Shown piece by piece: positions 1 to 8,230 of a stretch of 42,953 nt of DNA. The DNA comes from a virus. Lineage: Duplodnaviria; Caudoviricetes. The stretch lies in the IMG/VR virus record IMGVR_UViG_3300037308_000189, positions 1 through 42,953 of that record. One strand, 5' to 3'. Every line of letters begins with the position of its first letter. Within the stretch, counting starts at the first letter, position 1. Under the pieces are notes generated by a model. It saw only the letters and a list, made by a program, of their open reading frames with translations, was not told where the DNA came from and made no database searches. The position numbers were made by a program, and so were the translations under genes.

Positions 1-169
1 TCCAATAGCTGCCGCAGTTTTCGGATTTCGTGCTGCCATGCCTGCGAGCTGTCCGCCTTTTGCGCCTGCCATATTCATGGCACCAGCGCCTGCGCCCTTC
101 ATCTGTGCAATCAATTTCATTAGTGCAGGGTTCATTCGTCGTCTCCTTCGAGGATTAGATTTAATAGTG
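1..169. repeat. Terminal direct repeat, left copy (circular-assembly overlap)
   Basis: 1-169 matches 42785-42953 except C42 vs G42826. The repeat cuts through a CDS (the start of the 42620-42919 gene). Confidence 0.95.
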
Positions 170-545
170 CGCCAGTGCTCAAGCCTGAAGCAATGCCGGT
201 CCCTATTCGTGCATTATTGGTATTTCTTGCAGCTTTTAACTGCAGTTTTCTTAAAGAATCAGCTCGGCTTTGCTTGTTTTTAATGCTCTGATCTAGAAAC
301 TTGCTTTTGTTATTCATGTAGCTTACGGAATCTTCCACCGTTTTTTTGTTTGGAATATTTCGATCTAATAACGCAGACATCCGACCAGCTTCACCCTTAT
401 ATATATTAGAAGCGGAAGCCTCTTGATACATTTTTTCGTATGTCTTGTCTAATAATTTTGTGGCTTGATCAACCTTTTTCCCTGACAAAAGCTTTGCAAA
501 ATTTGAACCTTTTCTGCTTAATAATTTCGCCAGTGCTAGGCTCAT
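132..545 (-). CDS. Small basic protein with C-terminal Gly-rich hydrophobic helix; member of the 'ALxKL' N-terminal family
   Basis: 137 aa ORF with ATGA overlaps on both sides. N-terminus MSLALAKLLS resembles genes at 42094-42919; C-terminus is IGTGIASGLSTGALLNLIL. Confidence 0.7.
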   Translation of the reverse strand: MSLALAKLLSRKGSNFAKLLSGKKVDQATKLLDKTYEKMYQEASASNIYKGEAGRMSALLDRNIPNKKTVEDSVSYMNNKSKFLDQSIKNKQSRADSLRKLQLKAARNTNNARIGTGIASGLSTGALLNLILEGDDE

Positions 546-811
546 TGCTTTGTTCTCCTCAGTAGCTTTAACAGCGCCTCTTTCTCGCTGCCAGACTGCA
601 CCATGCCGGGATAGTAATCCCCTTCACGGCCCACCTCTGCAGCTACAAATGGGTCTGAAACATCCTCCGGTGTGGGATATTCGTCTGTCTGGAACCATCC
701 CTCACCTGCATGTTTCATCGGGTCGATATCACCGAGAATGGAGGCTAGCCACTCCTCACGAGTCAGCTTCCTGATCTCTTTTTTCGGCTTGCCCTTTCTC
801 TCGGCCATCAC
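542..811 (-). CDS. Hypothetical protein
   Basis: 89 aa ORF with 4-nt overlaps to both neighbours in the late operon. Confidence 0.65.
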   Translation of the reverse strand: MMAERKGKPKKEIRKLTREEWLASILGDIDPMKHAGEGWFQTDEYPTPEDVSDPFVAAEVGREGDYYPGMVQSGSEKEALLKLLRRTKQ

Positions 812-1302
812 TCGCCCCCAAAATCGAATATGTCGCCCGACATCTGCGCAGAGAACTGGCCCTTTGAGTTCCTGGCACGGTCAGACTTTTTCATGCCGTC
901 AGAGGTCAAGTCTGATATGTTTGGCTCCTTCTGGACCGCTTCCGGTCGTGGCCTTCTCTTCGCGATCCGAGACACGGACTTGTCCCATCCAATGGGCTTT
1001 TGCTTCATCGGTTGCCCCGTTTCCGGGTCGATTTCAGGCTGTCCGTAAACGTCCCGCTTCTGAATCTCGACGAGGTATTCATACTCCTCTGGCGACATCT
1101 CACCGCCGCCGCCCTGTGCCATCGTGCTCATGCTGGGAGGAGCAGAAGCCCCGCCCTGCATGTTTGAATACACAGATCCGCTAGGCCCACCGAGGATACC
1201 CTTGATAGCCCCTAGCTCGTCGAATGTTCCCCGGCGAATCTTGTCGCGCCGGTCCATTTCCTCTTGCACCCGCTGTGCAACGAGATCTCTTAACTCTGGC
1301 AT
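808..1302 (-). CDS. Hypothetical protein (possibly head-associated)
   Basis: 164 aa ORF with GGGAGG RBS, directly downstream of the capsid gene. Confidence 0.7.
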   Translation of the reverse strand: MPELRDLVAQRVQEEMDRRDKIRRGTFDELGAIKGILGGPSGSVYSNMQGGASAPPSMSTMAQGGGGEMSPEEYEYLVEIQKRDVYGQPEIDPETGQPMKQKPIGWDKSVSRIAKRRPRPEAVQKEPNISDLTSDGMKKSDRARNSKGQFSAQMSGDIFDFGGE

Positions 1303-1331
1303 ACTGTGCCCTCCCTTGGTTGCGTGCCCTA

Positions 1332-2615
1332 TTAGAGCACGCTTGCAGGAGTTGCGTAGTTAAAGATCCGACCGAGGCCGTTACGCTGGTTGACCACGGT
1401 GTTGGCCCAGTAGCGATAGAAGCCGTGGAGCACATCGTAGCCATCGCGAAGGCGAAGCTCGGATCCGTCTTCGTCTGCGAGATGTGGAGCATCTGCATAG
1501 TCAGAGGCCAAGCAGAACGCTTCGTACGCCCAGATATAGTTTGTCGTCGGAGGACAATTTTTGTCTTCCAACATCTGGAACTGTGCTGGCTTCGTGTTCT
1601 TCTCGTCGCTGCCCATCTTGAGAGGATCGAACGTGAGCTTGGTAGCTCCCGTGTCGAAACTATTCGAGGTGAACATGCGTTGGTTGAGGAAGGGCTGCAG
1701 GTATCCGCGCTTCCACGAAGGAGCGAATACAAAACGGTCAGGATACATGCCAGAGATTTGGTACATGTGATCCCAGTGCTGCTGCAACAACTCTTGCGAT
1801 GGGTTGGCTCCACCAGCATTTGTCACAACGGCTTGCCATGCGGCATAGTTCGCTCCGGTGAATCCGCCCACTGCAACGGTGTTGTCAGTCAGTCGGTCCA
1901 TACCAGCGATATAGCGGCCATCCGTAGGCTCAAGAGCATCGATTGCACCGTACACAGTCAGTCGGTCGCCAGCAACTGCAGCCGCAGGAGCAGCACCCAG
2001 GCCGAAAGCGGTATCGATAAACACGGCGCGAGACATCCGATCAATTCCGCGCTCGGAGATCATGATGGAGCCTCTTTTGACGGTATAAGTGCTGTTCCAC
2101 CAGTCGAGCTTCATTCCAGGACGGAGCCACATCGAGGTTACTGCAGTGAAGGAGCCAGCGCCACCGACAACGGCAGAAACTTCGGCACGATATCCACGAC
2201 CGTTTGCGTACAAGTCGAAGTCCACGTTGGACAACATTGTCATCAATGTGCCCTTCATGAGGTCATCGATGTACTTACCGTTGGGGCGTCCGTTCTTGTG
2301 ACCGCGAGTTGCTGCGAAGTTTGTCGCTTCAATAGAGCTGTACATACGCTTGGGCGAGTACTGCGCAAATACACCCTTTGTGATTTGTGCTTCTGGTAAT
2401 CTTTCGCCGTCGTTCAACGCCGCGTAGGATTCATTGAGGGTTATTTTAAGCGGGAGCTTAAAACTTAAACCGTCGAATTCGACTTCTCCATCTCTCGCAT
2501 GACGAATGAAGTTATAAAGTGACGACTTAATGTGCTCCATGAATTGCACATCATCCGAATACAGATCCTTGAGCATTCCCCAGGTTTGGAGATCAGAGAA
2601 ATTTGCACCAGCCAT
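1332..2615 (-). CDS. Major capsid protein (HK97 fold)
   Basis: ~427 aa from ATG 2615 (GGAGG RBS). Capsid-like segments LKDLYSD, NDGERLPEA, PKRMYSSIE, DFDLYANGRG and C-terminal NQRNGLGRI. Confidence 0.8.
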   Translation of the reverse strand: MAGANFSDLQTWGMLKDLYSDDVQFMEHIKSSLYNFIRHARDGEVEFDGLSFKLPLKITLNESYAALNDGERLPEAQITKGVFAQYSPKRMYSSIEATNFAATRGHKNGRPNGKYIDDLMKGTLMTMLSNVDFDLYANGRGYRAEVSAVVGGAGSFTAVTSMWLRPGMKLDWWNSTYTVKRGSIMISERGIDRMSRAVFIDTAFGLGAAPAAAVAGDRLTVYGAIDALEPTDGRYIAGMDRLTDNTVAVGGFTGANYAAWQAVVTNAGGANPSQELLQQHWDHMYQISGMYPDRFVFAPSWKRGYLQPFLNQRMFTSNSFDTGATKLTFDPLKMGSDEKNTKPAQFQMLEDKNCPPTTNYIWAYEAFCLASDYADAPHLADEDGSELRLRDGYDVLHGFYRYWANTVVNQRNGLGRIFNYATPASVL

Positions 2616-2701
2616 TTTGTGGCCTCCCACTGTCCGCCGTTCCAGGCCGAGCTATCACCGTGATATGCTGGCCACAGAATCAGCATACGGTGGAGGTGCG
2701 A

Positions 2702-3223
2702 GTGGATAGCGCGTTACGACATTACCTGGAAGCCGGGCACACGCTCGCAGATGCTGCAGCGTCAGCAGGCATCACATACGCCGATGCCAGACAGCAGCTC
2801 CTTGACGCCACCGACGATAGCGATCTTGAGATCCAACGGATGGCGCTCGCGACTCATGCCGCCAAAGCTTTGACCACGCTGGTTGATCTGCTGGAAGGTG
2901 CGGAGGACGAAAAGGTGCGTCTCAGTGCAGCCAAAACACTGCTGGAGCTGCAGACGAAGCACAAGCCAAAGGGACGCCGCCTAGAGATCGCAGTGACCGA
3001 TGATCTATGGACGATGGCCGCCAGGGGATCAGTAAATCGGGAGCTTGTCCAGGACGTGGACCGGGGGACGCCGGCCGAGGAGATTACGGAGCCCCTGGAG
3101 GCTGCAGCAGATCGCCACGAGAGCCCCAGCGATCCGCAAGTCGTGCAGAACCCCGAGCTGGGCGATGTCCACTCGTTTCCCGACCTGTTTCAATTCCACG
3201 CCAATCATACGCCCACTCGATAG
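2702..3223 (+). CDS. Terminase small subunit-like HTH protein
   Basis: GGAGGT RBS before GTG 2702. N-terminal HTH-like segment (GHTLADAAASAGITY) followed by helices ALTTLVDLL..EKVRLSAAKTLLE typical of TerS-like proteins. Confidence 0.5.
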   Translation: MDSALRHYLEAGHTLADAAASAGITYADARQQLLDATDDSDLEIQRMALATHAAKALTTLVDLLEGAEDEKVRLSAAKTLLELQTKHKPKGRRLEIAVTDDLWTMAARGSVNRELVQDVDRGTPAEEITEPLEAAADRHESPSDPQVVQNPELGDVHSFPDLFQFHANHTPTR

Positions 3224-3535
3224 CTCACAGGCAATCAAATCAGGCCAGCCCACAGTGCGCGAGCCTTGCATGAGTGCGGTATCGGGTCCAGTCCTCCGGA
3301 GCACGCCACCGGCCTCCACGCGAAGCACAGGATACTGCAGCTCTCGCAGATGTTTGTAGCAGGCCGTGAGGATCTCCTTTTCGCCTCCAGCGACGGGATA
3401 GCCTACGGGAAACCACCGCTTGCTGATCGTGACGGATCCCCCATCTGTGTACGAGTGCAGGAGCTTTTCGGGGGGAGGAAGTGCCTCTCCACTATAAGTG
3501 TCTGTGTGCTGGTCATAGTACCGGATCTTTGCCAC
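3029..3535 (-). CDS. VRR-NUC (PD-(D/E)xK) nuclease / resolvase-like
   Basis: Motifs EKEI.., GWPDLI, GVELKQ, Q..LHDLRIAGALVAIC. Start placed at GTG 3535 after GGAGG. Confidence 0.8.
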   Translation of the reverse strand: MAKIRYYDQHTDTYSGEALPPPEKLLHSYTDGGSVTISKRWFPVGYPVAGGEKEILTACYKHLRELQYPVLRVEAGGVLRRTGPDTALMQGSRTVGWPDLIACELSSGRMIGVELKQVGKRVDIAQLGVLHDLRIAGALVAICCSLQGLRNLLGRRPPVHVLDKLPIY

Positions 3536-3677
3536 GCCTCCGCTCCTCTGTTTTTGGCTCGTCGGTAGCGGAAAATATTCCGACGAGAACAACGCCGAAC
3601 ATAGTTCCCACAACAAAGCCGATCATATATTTGATGATTCCTGCGTATTCTGTCAGTAACTGTAAACCTTCGCTCAT
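3513..3677 (-). CDS. Small membrane protein
   Basis: MSEGLQ start with AAGGA RBS; one TM helix (MIGFVVGTMFGVVLVGIF). Confidence 0.55.
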   Translation of the reverse strand: MSEGLQLLTEYAGIIKYMIGFVVGTMFGVVLVGIFSATDEPKTEERRRGKDPVL

Positions 3678-3681
3678 TTCC

Positions 3682-3710
3682 TTGTCTCCCTCGTTGTTTG
3701 TGTGTATAGT
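3682..3710 (+). promoter_or_regulatory. Sigma70-like promoter for the recombination operon
   Basis: TTGTCT-17 nt-TATAGT, upstream of ATG 3744. Confidence 0.5.
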
Positions 3711-3743
3711 ATAACAGTTTTCTGGTACGCGCAAGGGGGAATA

Positions 3744-3944
3744 ATGAAGCATCACGATATCTTAGTTGATGGCAGAGTGTTCCGCATCTGGAGCGATGGG
3801 CGCGTGTACCAGCAAACAGGTTGGGGAGATTATCGCCTGTTTGTTGAGTGTGATATCAGCGATAGGCGTGCAGTTGTGAAACTCATACGAGAAAGGTTGT
3901 CACATGGAAATGTCAAGAGAGGAATGGCTAGCAAAACGCCGTGA
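3744..3944 (+). CDS. Hypothetical protein
   Basis: AAGGGGGA RBS before ATG 3744; overlaps the YqaJ gene start. Confidence 0.55.
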   Translation: MKHHDILVDGRVFRIWSDGRVYQQTGWGDYRLFVECDISDRRAVVKLIRERLSHGNVKRGMASKTP

Positions 3945-4848
3945 GGGCATAACAGGAACGGATATCGCAGCAATATGCGGCCTGAATCCCTACGTTTCTC
4001 CTGCGCAAGTCTGGCAGGAAAAGCTCGGGCTCATTGAGATACCCGAGAACCCCATGATGGAGTGGGGGAAGAGGTTGGAGGCCGTAGTCGCACAGAAATT
4101 CGCAGAGAACCACGGGGTGAGGCTCAAGCCTGGGTCGTTCATCGCGATCAATCCTTCTGGAATCATACTCTGTGGCACCAATGACTTTTGGATCGAGGAC
4201 GCCGAGGAAGGGCTCGAAGTCAAGACAGCCTCGACGTACGCAAAGGGTTGGGGAGATGGTCCGGAAGAGATCCCGCCGCACTACTTCGTGCAGTGCCATT
4301 GGTACATGATCCTCACCGGTTTTAAGGTTTGGCATCTGGCCGCCTTGATCGGCGGGAACGACTACAGGGAATACAAGCTCCAGTCTCACCCTGGTCTGCA
4401 GAATGCTCTCATTCAGAAGGCGCAAAATTTCTGGACACGCTATGTCGTCCCGAAGGTGATGCCGCCAGCGGACGCCACAGACAGCTACCGCGATATCGTC
4501 TCCCTGCACATACCAAAGCAAAAAATGGATCCGGTCCTCGCAGACGATGAGATGGAAACCATAGCCGCAAACATTGCAGAGCACCGTGCAGAGCACGAAA
4601 AACACGAGGAGCTGAAGAAGCTGTGGGAAGCAAAACTCCTGGAAGCCCTGAAGGCTCGCAATGCCAACGCCTGCATGAATGAGAGGTTCAAGGCCACGTT
4701 TCTGGAGCAGGCCGGGCGGAAGTCAACCGACTGGAAAGCCCTGGCCAGAGATTTGAATATTTCAGAAGATACCATTGCAAAATATGAAAAAGTAGGTAAT
4801 CCTTTTAGAGTATTTCGATTCAGCTACAAGGGGAAAGAAAATGAGTGA
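3904..4848 (+). CDS. YqaJ-like (lambda-exonuclease family) recombination nuclease
   Basis: Motifs SREEWLAKRREGITGTDIAAICG, WGKRLE, LEVKT, YFVQCHWYM. Confidence 0.92.
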   Translation: MEMSREEWLAKRREGITGTDIAAICGLNPYVSPAQVWQEKLGLIEIPENPMMEWGKRLEAVVAQKFAENHGVRLKPGSFIAINPSGIILCGTNDFWIEDAEEGLEVKTASTYAKGWGDGPEEIPPHYFVQCHWYMILTGFKVWHLAALIGGNDYREYKLQSHPGLQNALIQKAQNFWTRYVVPKVMPPADATDSYRDIVSLHIPKQKMDPVLADDEMETIAANIAEHRAEHEKHEELKKLWEAKLLEALKARNANACMNERFKATFLEQAGRKSTDWKALARDLNISEDTIAKYEKVGNPFRVFRFSYKGKENE

Positions 4849-5659
4849 AGCAATTGTACCGAAGAACGAACTCAACGATGTCCGCACCACACTGGCAAAA
4901 CTTGTGCCACATCTCAAACTGGTAGCCACGAAGGTGCTCACGCCTGAGAAGATCACAAAGATTGTGACCGGAGCCATCAGCAGGAATCCGACCTTGCTGC
5001 AGTGTTTCCGGGACTCTCCGCACTCGATTCTACGCTGCGCCTTCGCAGCCACCCAGCTCGGATTAGATCCTGATTCACCGCTCGGCCAATGCTATATGGT
5101 GCCGTTTCGCAACAACAAGAACGGGGGAAAATATGAAGCCCAGTTCATCATCGGTTACAGAGGGCTTATCGACCTTGCGCGTCGTAGCGGAAACATCGTG
5201 TCCATTAGATCGCGTGTTGTTTATGAGCGAGATACATTTGAGGTGTCCTATGGACTCAACGAGTCTATCAAGCATATCCCCTTCGAGGGTAGCGATGCTG
5301 GTGAACTTCGCGCCGTGTACGCCGTCGCAGAATTGCGAGACGGAGGGATCCAATACGAATTGATGTGGAGGCACGAAGTCGATGCCATAAAGAAACGCAG
5401 CAAAGCGAGCCAGTATGGCCCCTGGGTTTCTGATTACCCAGAAATGGCCAGGAAAACCGTGGTTCGCCGGTTGTCAAAATACCTGCCTATGAGCGTGGAT
5501 CTTGCCAAGGCATTCGACCACGAAGACGCCCAGGAGAGTGGCACGCTGTCTGCCATCGATATCGAAATGGGTGAGCTGCCCGGCCATGAAGAGGAGGCCG
5601 CCGCACCTGCTACTCTCGGCGATAAGCTGATGGATTCGCTTACCAAAATACCAGGGTAA
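4841..5659 (+). CDS. recT: RecT single-strand annealing protein
   Basis: Motifs LGLDPD..LGQCYMVPF, AQFIIGYRGLIDLARRSG, PW..DYPEMARKTVVRRL.KYLP; adjacent to the YqaJ gene. Confidence 0.95.
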   Translation: MSEAIVPKNELNDVRTTLAKLVPHLKLVATKVLTPEKITKIVTGAISRNPTLLQCFRDSPHSILRCAFAATQLGLDPDSPLGQCYMVPFRNNKNGGKYEAQFIIGYRGLIDLARRSGNIVSIRSRVVYERDTFEVSYGLNESIKHIPFEGSDAGELRAVYAVAELRDGGIQYELMWRHEVDAIKKRSKASQYGPWVSDYPEMARKTVVRRLSKYLPMSVDLAKAFDHEDAQESGTLSAIDIEMGELPGHEEEAAAPATLGDKLMDSLTKIPG

Positions 5660-6983
5660 CCTCATCCGGCAGCGCCTTGCCCTCACTTGAACATGCATGA
5701 CAACGCCTTGCCCGTACGTAGCCGACACACTACAGGACAGAATCTGAGATAGCTTCGCCTTGCCGCAACGAAACCCAGCGGTGCTTTGCGTGGCCGAAAC
5801 GGAAAACCACTTTGCGAAACCGAAACGGGAAAGCCTGCGGTACCTTGCCAAACCGCGACAACGCACGATGAAACTCCGCCGCCGGTGAACCAGGGAACGC
5901 CTCGCCCCTACATTACTGAACCTGACTAAGCTATGCCATTGCGTCACCCCGCCCTGCTTTGCCGACGCTTGATCTAACGCCACTGCGCTATGCTCCACCG
6001 TTGCCAAACCAGAAGTCACTTTGCCATCAATCAAAAACTAACCAAACTAAACCATGCCGCAGCAGAACATCATGCGATAGAAAATAACGCAACCTTTGAT
6101 TTTTGCTCCACTGGATCTTGCCAAGACCTCACCTTACTTTGCCTACTCTGAACATAACTTGGCCCCTGCAGCGCAAGGCCGGGCCACGCTGAGCCATCCG
6201 TGCCATGCAAGACTTCACCACCATTTCACAGGAGTCAACCCATACTCTCGCAACGGAAACTCGCTGAATATGACCGTGACAAGGCAAACACTACGCTCTG
6301 CCACTACGCAATGTAACCTCGCTTCGCCTCTGCCCAAACTGACGGTACCGCAACCACACATAATCCCGCCTTGCCAAAACATTGCGAAACCTAATTAAGC
6401 CAATGCGACAAGTCGCCTCGCCTCGCCGATTCCATACAACGAGGAACCTCACCATTACAGAGGGTGAAAGCATTTCACCGATATTTTACCAGACAACCCA
6501 CGCCGTCCCTATGCTAGATCACCTCGCCACCACCCGACTCGACTGCGCCGAAGCACCACCTAATACCACTAGACATAGCCGAAACTTTGCTCATCTCAGT
6601 TTTGCCTAGACGTAGTATCGCTGTGCCATGACATAGTTTGACTTTACCACAACTATAGCTCACCTTGCAATGCCGCTAGATTAAGCTACAAAACCTCCAT
6701 TGAGCGATACGAAACTAAGCCACTAACACGACGCCACGACCATTACCGTTATTTATCGCTGCAGCGCACAGCTAAACCAGGACGAAAAGCGAACCTGACA
6801 ATACCAAAACAATGCGGAAATATGCCGAAACGATGAGGGAGCAATACATTACCTGTGGCAAGCAACGCATCACAGTGCATTCGCGACAATGAACAAGGCT
6901 CAACCGTTATTGGACAAACCTACGCCTGACCAATGCGGAACTGAACCCAGCTCAACTTTACCTCTAGTCGTTGAACCGTCCCC
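5660..6983 (-). repeat. Non-coding hierarchical 5-nt-periodic array (NGY-NN units in GGY-anchored modules); candidate guide-RNA array
   Basis: Plus strand parses as RCN-NN pentamers interrupted by RCC-NNN hexamers, e.g. from 5899: gcc tc/gcc cct/aca tt/act ga/acc tg/act aa/gct at/gcc att/gcg tc/acc cc/gcc ct/gct tt/gcc gac. It fills the whole gap between two convergent stop codons and has no credible ORF. Strand is inferred from the upstream operon. Confidence 0.85.
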
Positions 6984-7397
6984 CTACTCTTTTTGAGTAT
7001 TCAAACTAACGACGATTTCGCTATTCCACCGAGATTCCAGGGAACTAAAAAACCCGTTGCAGATAATCTCTCCTATGTCTCCTGATTTTTTCAACGAGTT
7101 CTTGATGGCCTCCTTGACTGCGTCCTTGTTCTCATTGAATATTTCCTGCATTGCCTCTTCTGCCAGTTTGCGAATGTAGTTTCCTGACATCAACTCAAGG
7201 TAGGTGTATTTGTTCTCATAATCATATCCGCTCTTTTTGCCATTGCTGGCAACTTTTTCGCTGAGCGCTTTTCCTACTATATGCCTGATTATCTCTCCAG
7301 GGTCGCCTAGCTCTCGCATGATTGCCACGCTCACGGTGTCGCGGATTATTGGTGTAAGTAACTCTTTCGGTATATTGAATCCGATTTGTTCAGTCAT
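6984..7397 (-). CDS. Hypothetical protein (last gene before the array)
   Basis: MTEQIG start with TAATG overlap; ~137 aa, helical. Confidence 0.7.
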   Translation of the reverse strand: MTEQIGFNIPKELLTPIIRDTVSVAIMRELGDPGEIIRHIVGKALSEKVASNGKKSGYDYENKYTYLELMSGNYIRKLAEEAMQEIFNENKDAVKEAIKNSLKKSGDIGEIICNGFFSSLESRWNSEIVVSLNTQKE

Positions 7398-7606
7398 TAT
7401 TGTGGCCCCGTCTTTCTTAGTTGTAACATCGTTTTCCATATCTCCGCAGCACATTTGTTACAAATATCTTCAACTTCTTCTACCGAACCATAGTAACATT
7501 GGTATTTAATATAGCAAATATATGCTTTGTTCGACTCGTTAGGCGCAAGCATTACGTCTTTGCTTCCGCATATGTCGCAAGTGTGCCATTGTTCTATGTG
7601 TTTCAT
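7397..7606 (-). CDS. Small zinc-finger-like protein
   Basis: CDIC...ICNKC motifs; coupled overlaps with neighbours. Confidence 0.6.
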   Translation of the reverse strand: MKHIEQWHTCDICGSKDVMLAPNESNKAYICYIKYQCYYGSVEEVEDICNKCAAEIWKTMLQLRKTGPQ

Positions 7607-7890
7607 TCCTTCGCCTCCCACTCACAGCAATGCCATTCAATCAAATCGGTATCCATCGACAGAAGATCTTTTCTAATTCCGCACGTATTTTTGATCCTAC
7701 AAGTGTCGCACGACCGCTGCACCCTCGGCTCGCCTGCAAAACAGCCAGATGCGACGTTGTGAATTGAGGGATAAAAGGTATTCCGCAGTCCGCCAATCCA
7801 CACGGCCGATGGCGGATTGCGGAAACACACGCCGCCGATCTCAAACCTGCAATCCTTGCACGGAAAAGGCTTGTCGTTATCCCTCGGCAT
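7603..7890 (-). CDS. Cys-rich hypothetical protein
   Basis: CKDC..CFRNPP..GC..CDTC..C..CC; overlaps both neighbours. Confidence 0.6.
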   Translation of the reverse strand: MPRDNDKPFPCKDCRFEIGGVCFRNPPSAVWIGGLRNTFYPSIHNVASGCFAGEPRVQRSCDTCRIKNTCGIRKDLLSMDTDLIEWHCCEWEAKE

Positions 7891-8230
7891 CTTCATCCTC
7901 CAATACTTCCGCACCCACTGACTCGATCAAGTGCCTCGCCGTAGGATAGTTGTGTATCCAAGACTGGTATTCCGGTATTGGCGCTCGCATCTGCCAAACA
8001 TTTTCTTTTCTACTTGCATATAATTTGACCATTCTTCCTTGCACATAGTCGAGGCTAATATAGCCATATCCCGATTCATTATTGATTCGCAGGTTTTCTT
8101 TGAAATCATCAGGAACTGCATTCGTTTGCGGGTCGTACGAAAAAAAACCGAGTCCCATCGGCGTAGAAGCATTGAACGCATTTGCTGCTATCTGCAAAAT
8201 CTGCTGATCTGTCGCTTTAAACTTAATCAT
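7877..8230 (-). CDS. Hypothetical protein
   Basis: TGATG coupling to the RAMP-like gene; contains LDYVQGRMVKL. Confidence 0.7.
   Translation of the reverse strand: MIKFKATDQQILQIAANAFNASTPMGLGFFSYDPQTNAVPDDFKENLRINNESGYGYISLDYVQGRMVKLYASRKENVWQMRAPIPEYQSWIHNYPTARHLIESVGAEVLEDEDAEG

Noticed and set aside
1224-2399. 391-aa plus-strand ORF
   Set aside because: Antisense shadow of the capsid gene.
6463-6479. Terminator within the array (GGTGAAA-GCA-TTTCACC)
   Set aside because: Short stem with no adjacent U-tract on the inferred transcribed strand; could arise by chance.
5474-6609. ORFs 5474-6034(-), 6096-6398(+), 6291-6473(-) and 6382-6609(+)
   Set aside because: No convincing RBS or protein-like motifs; their composition reflects the periodic repeat, and one overlaps recT antisense.
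5660-6983. Canonical CRISPR array
   Set aside because: There are no identical 23-47 nt repeats separated by unique spacers; conservation is interleaved at a 5-nt period.
5660-6983. TIGR-type array or DGR template/variable repeats
   Set aside because: No recognisable Nop-domain or reverse transcriptase gene, no fixed-length box C/D-like units and no adenine-specific repeat pair.
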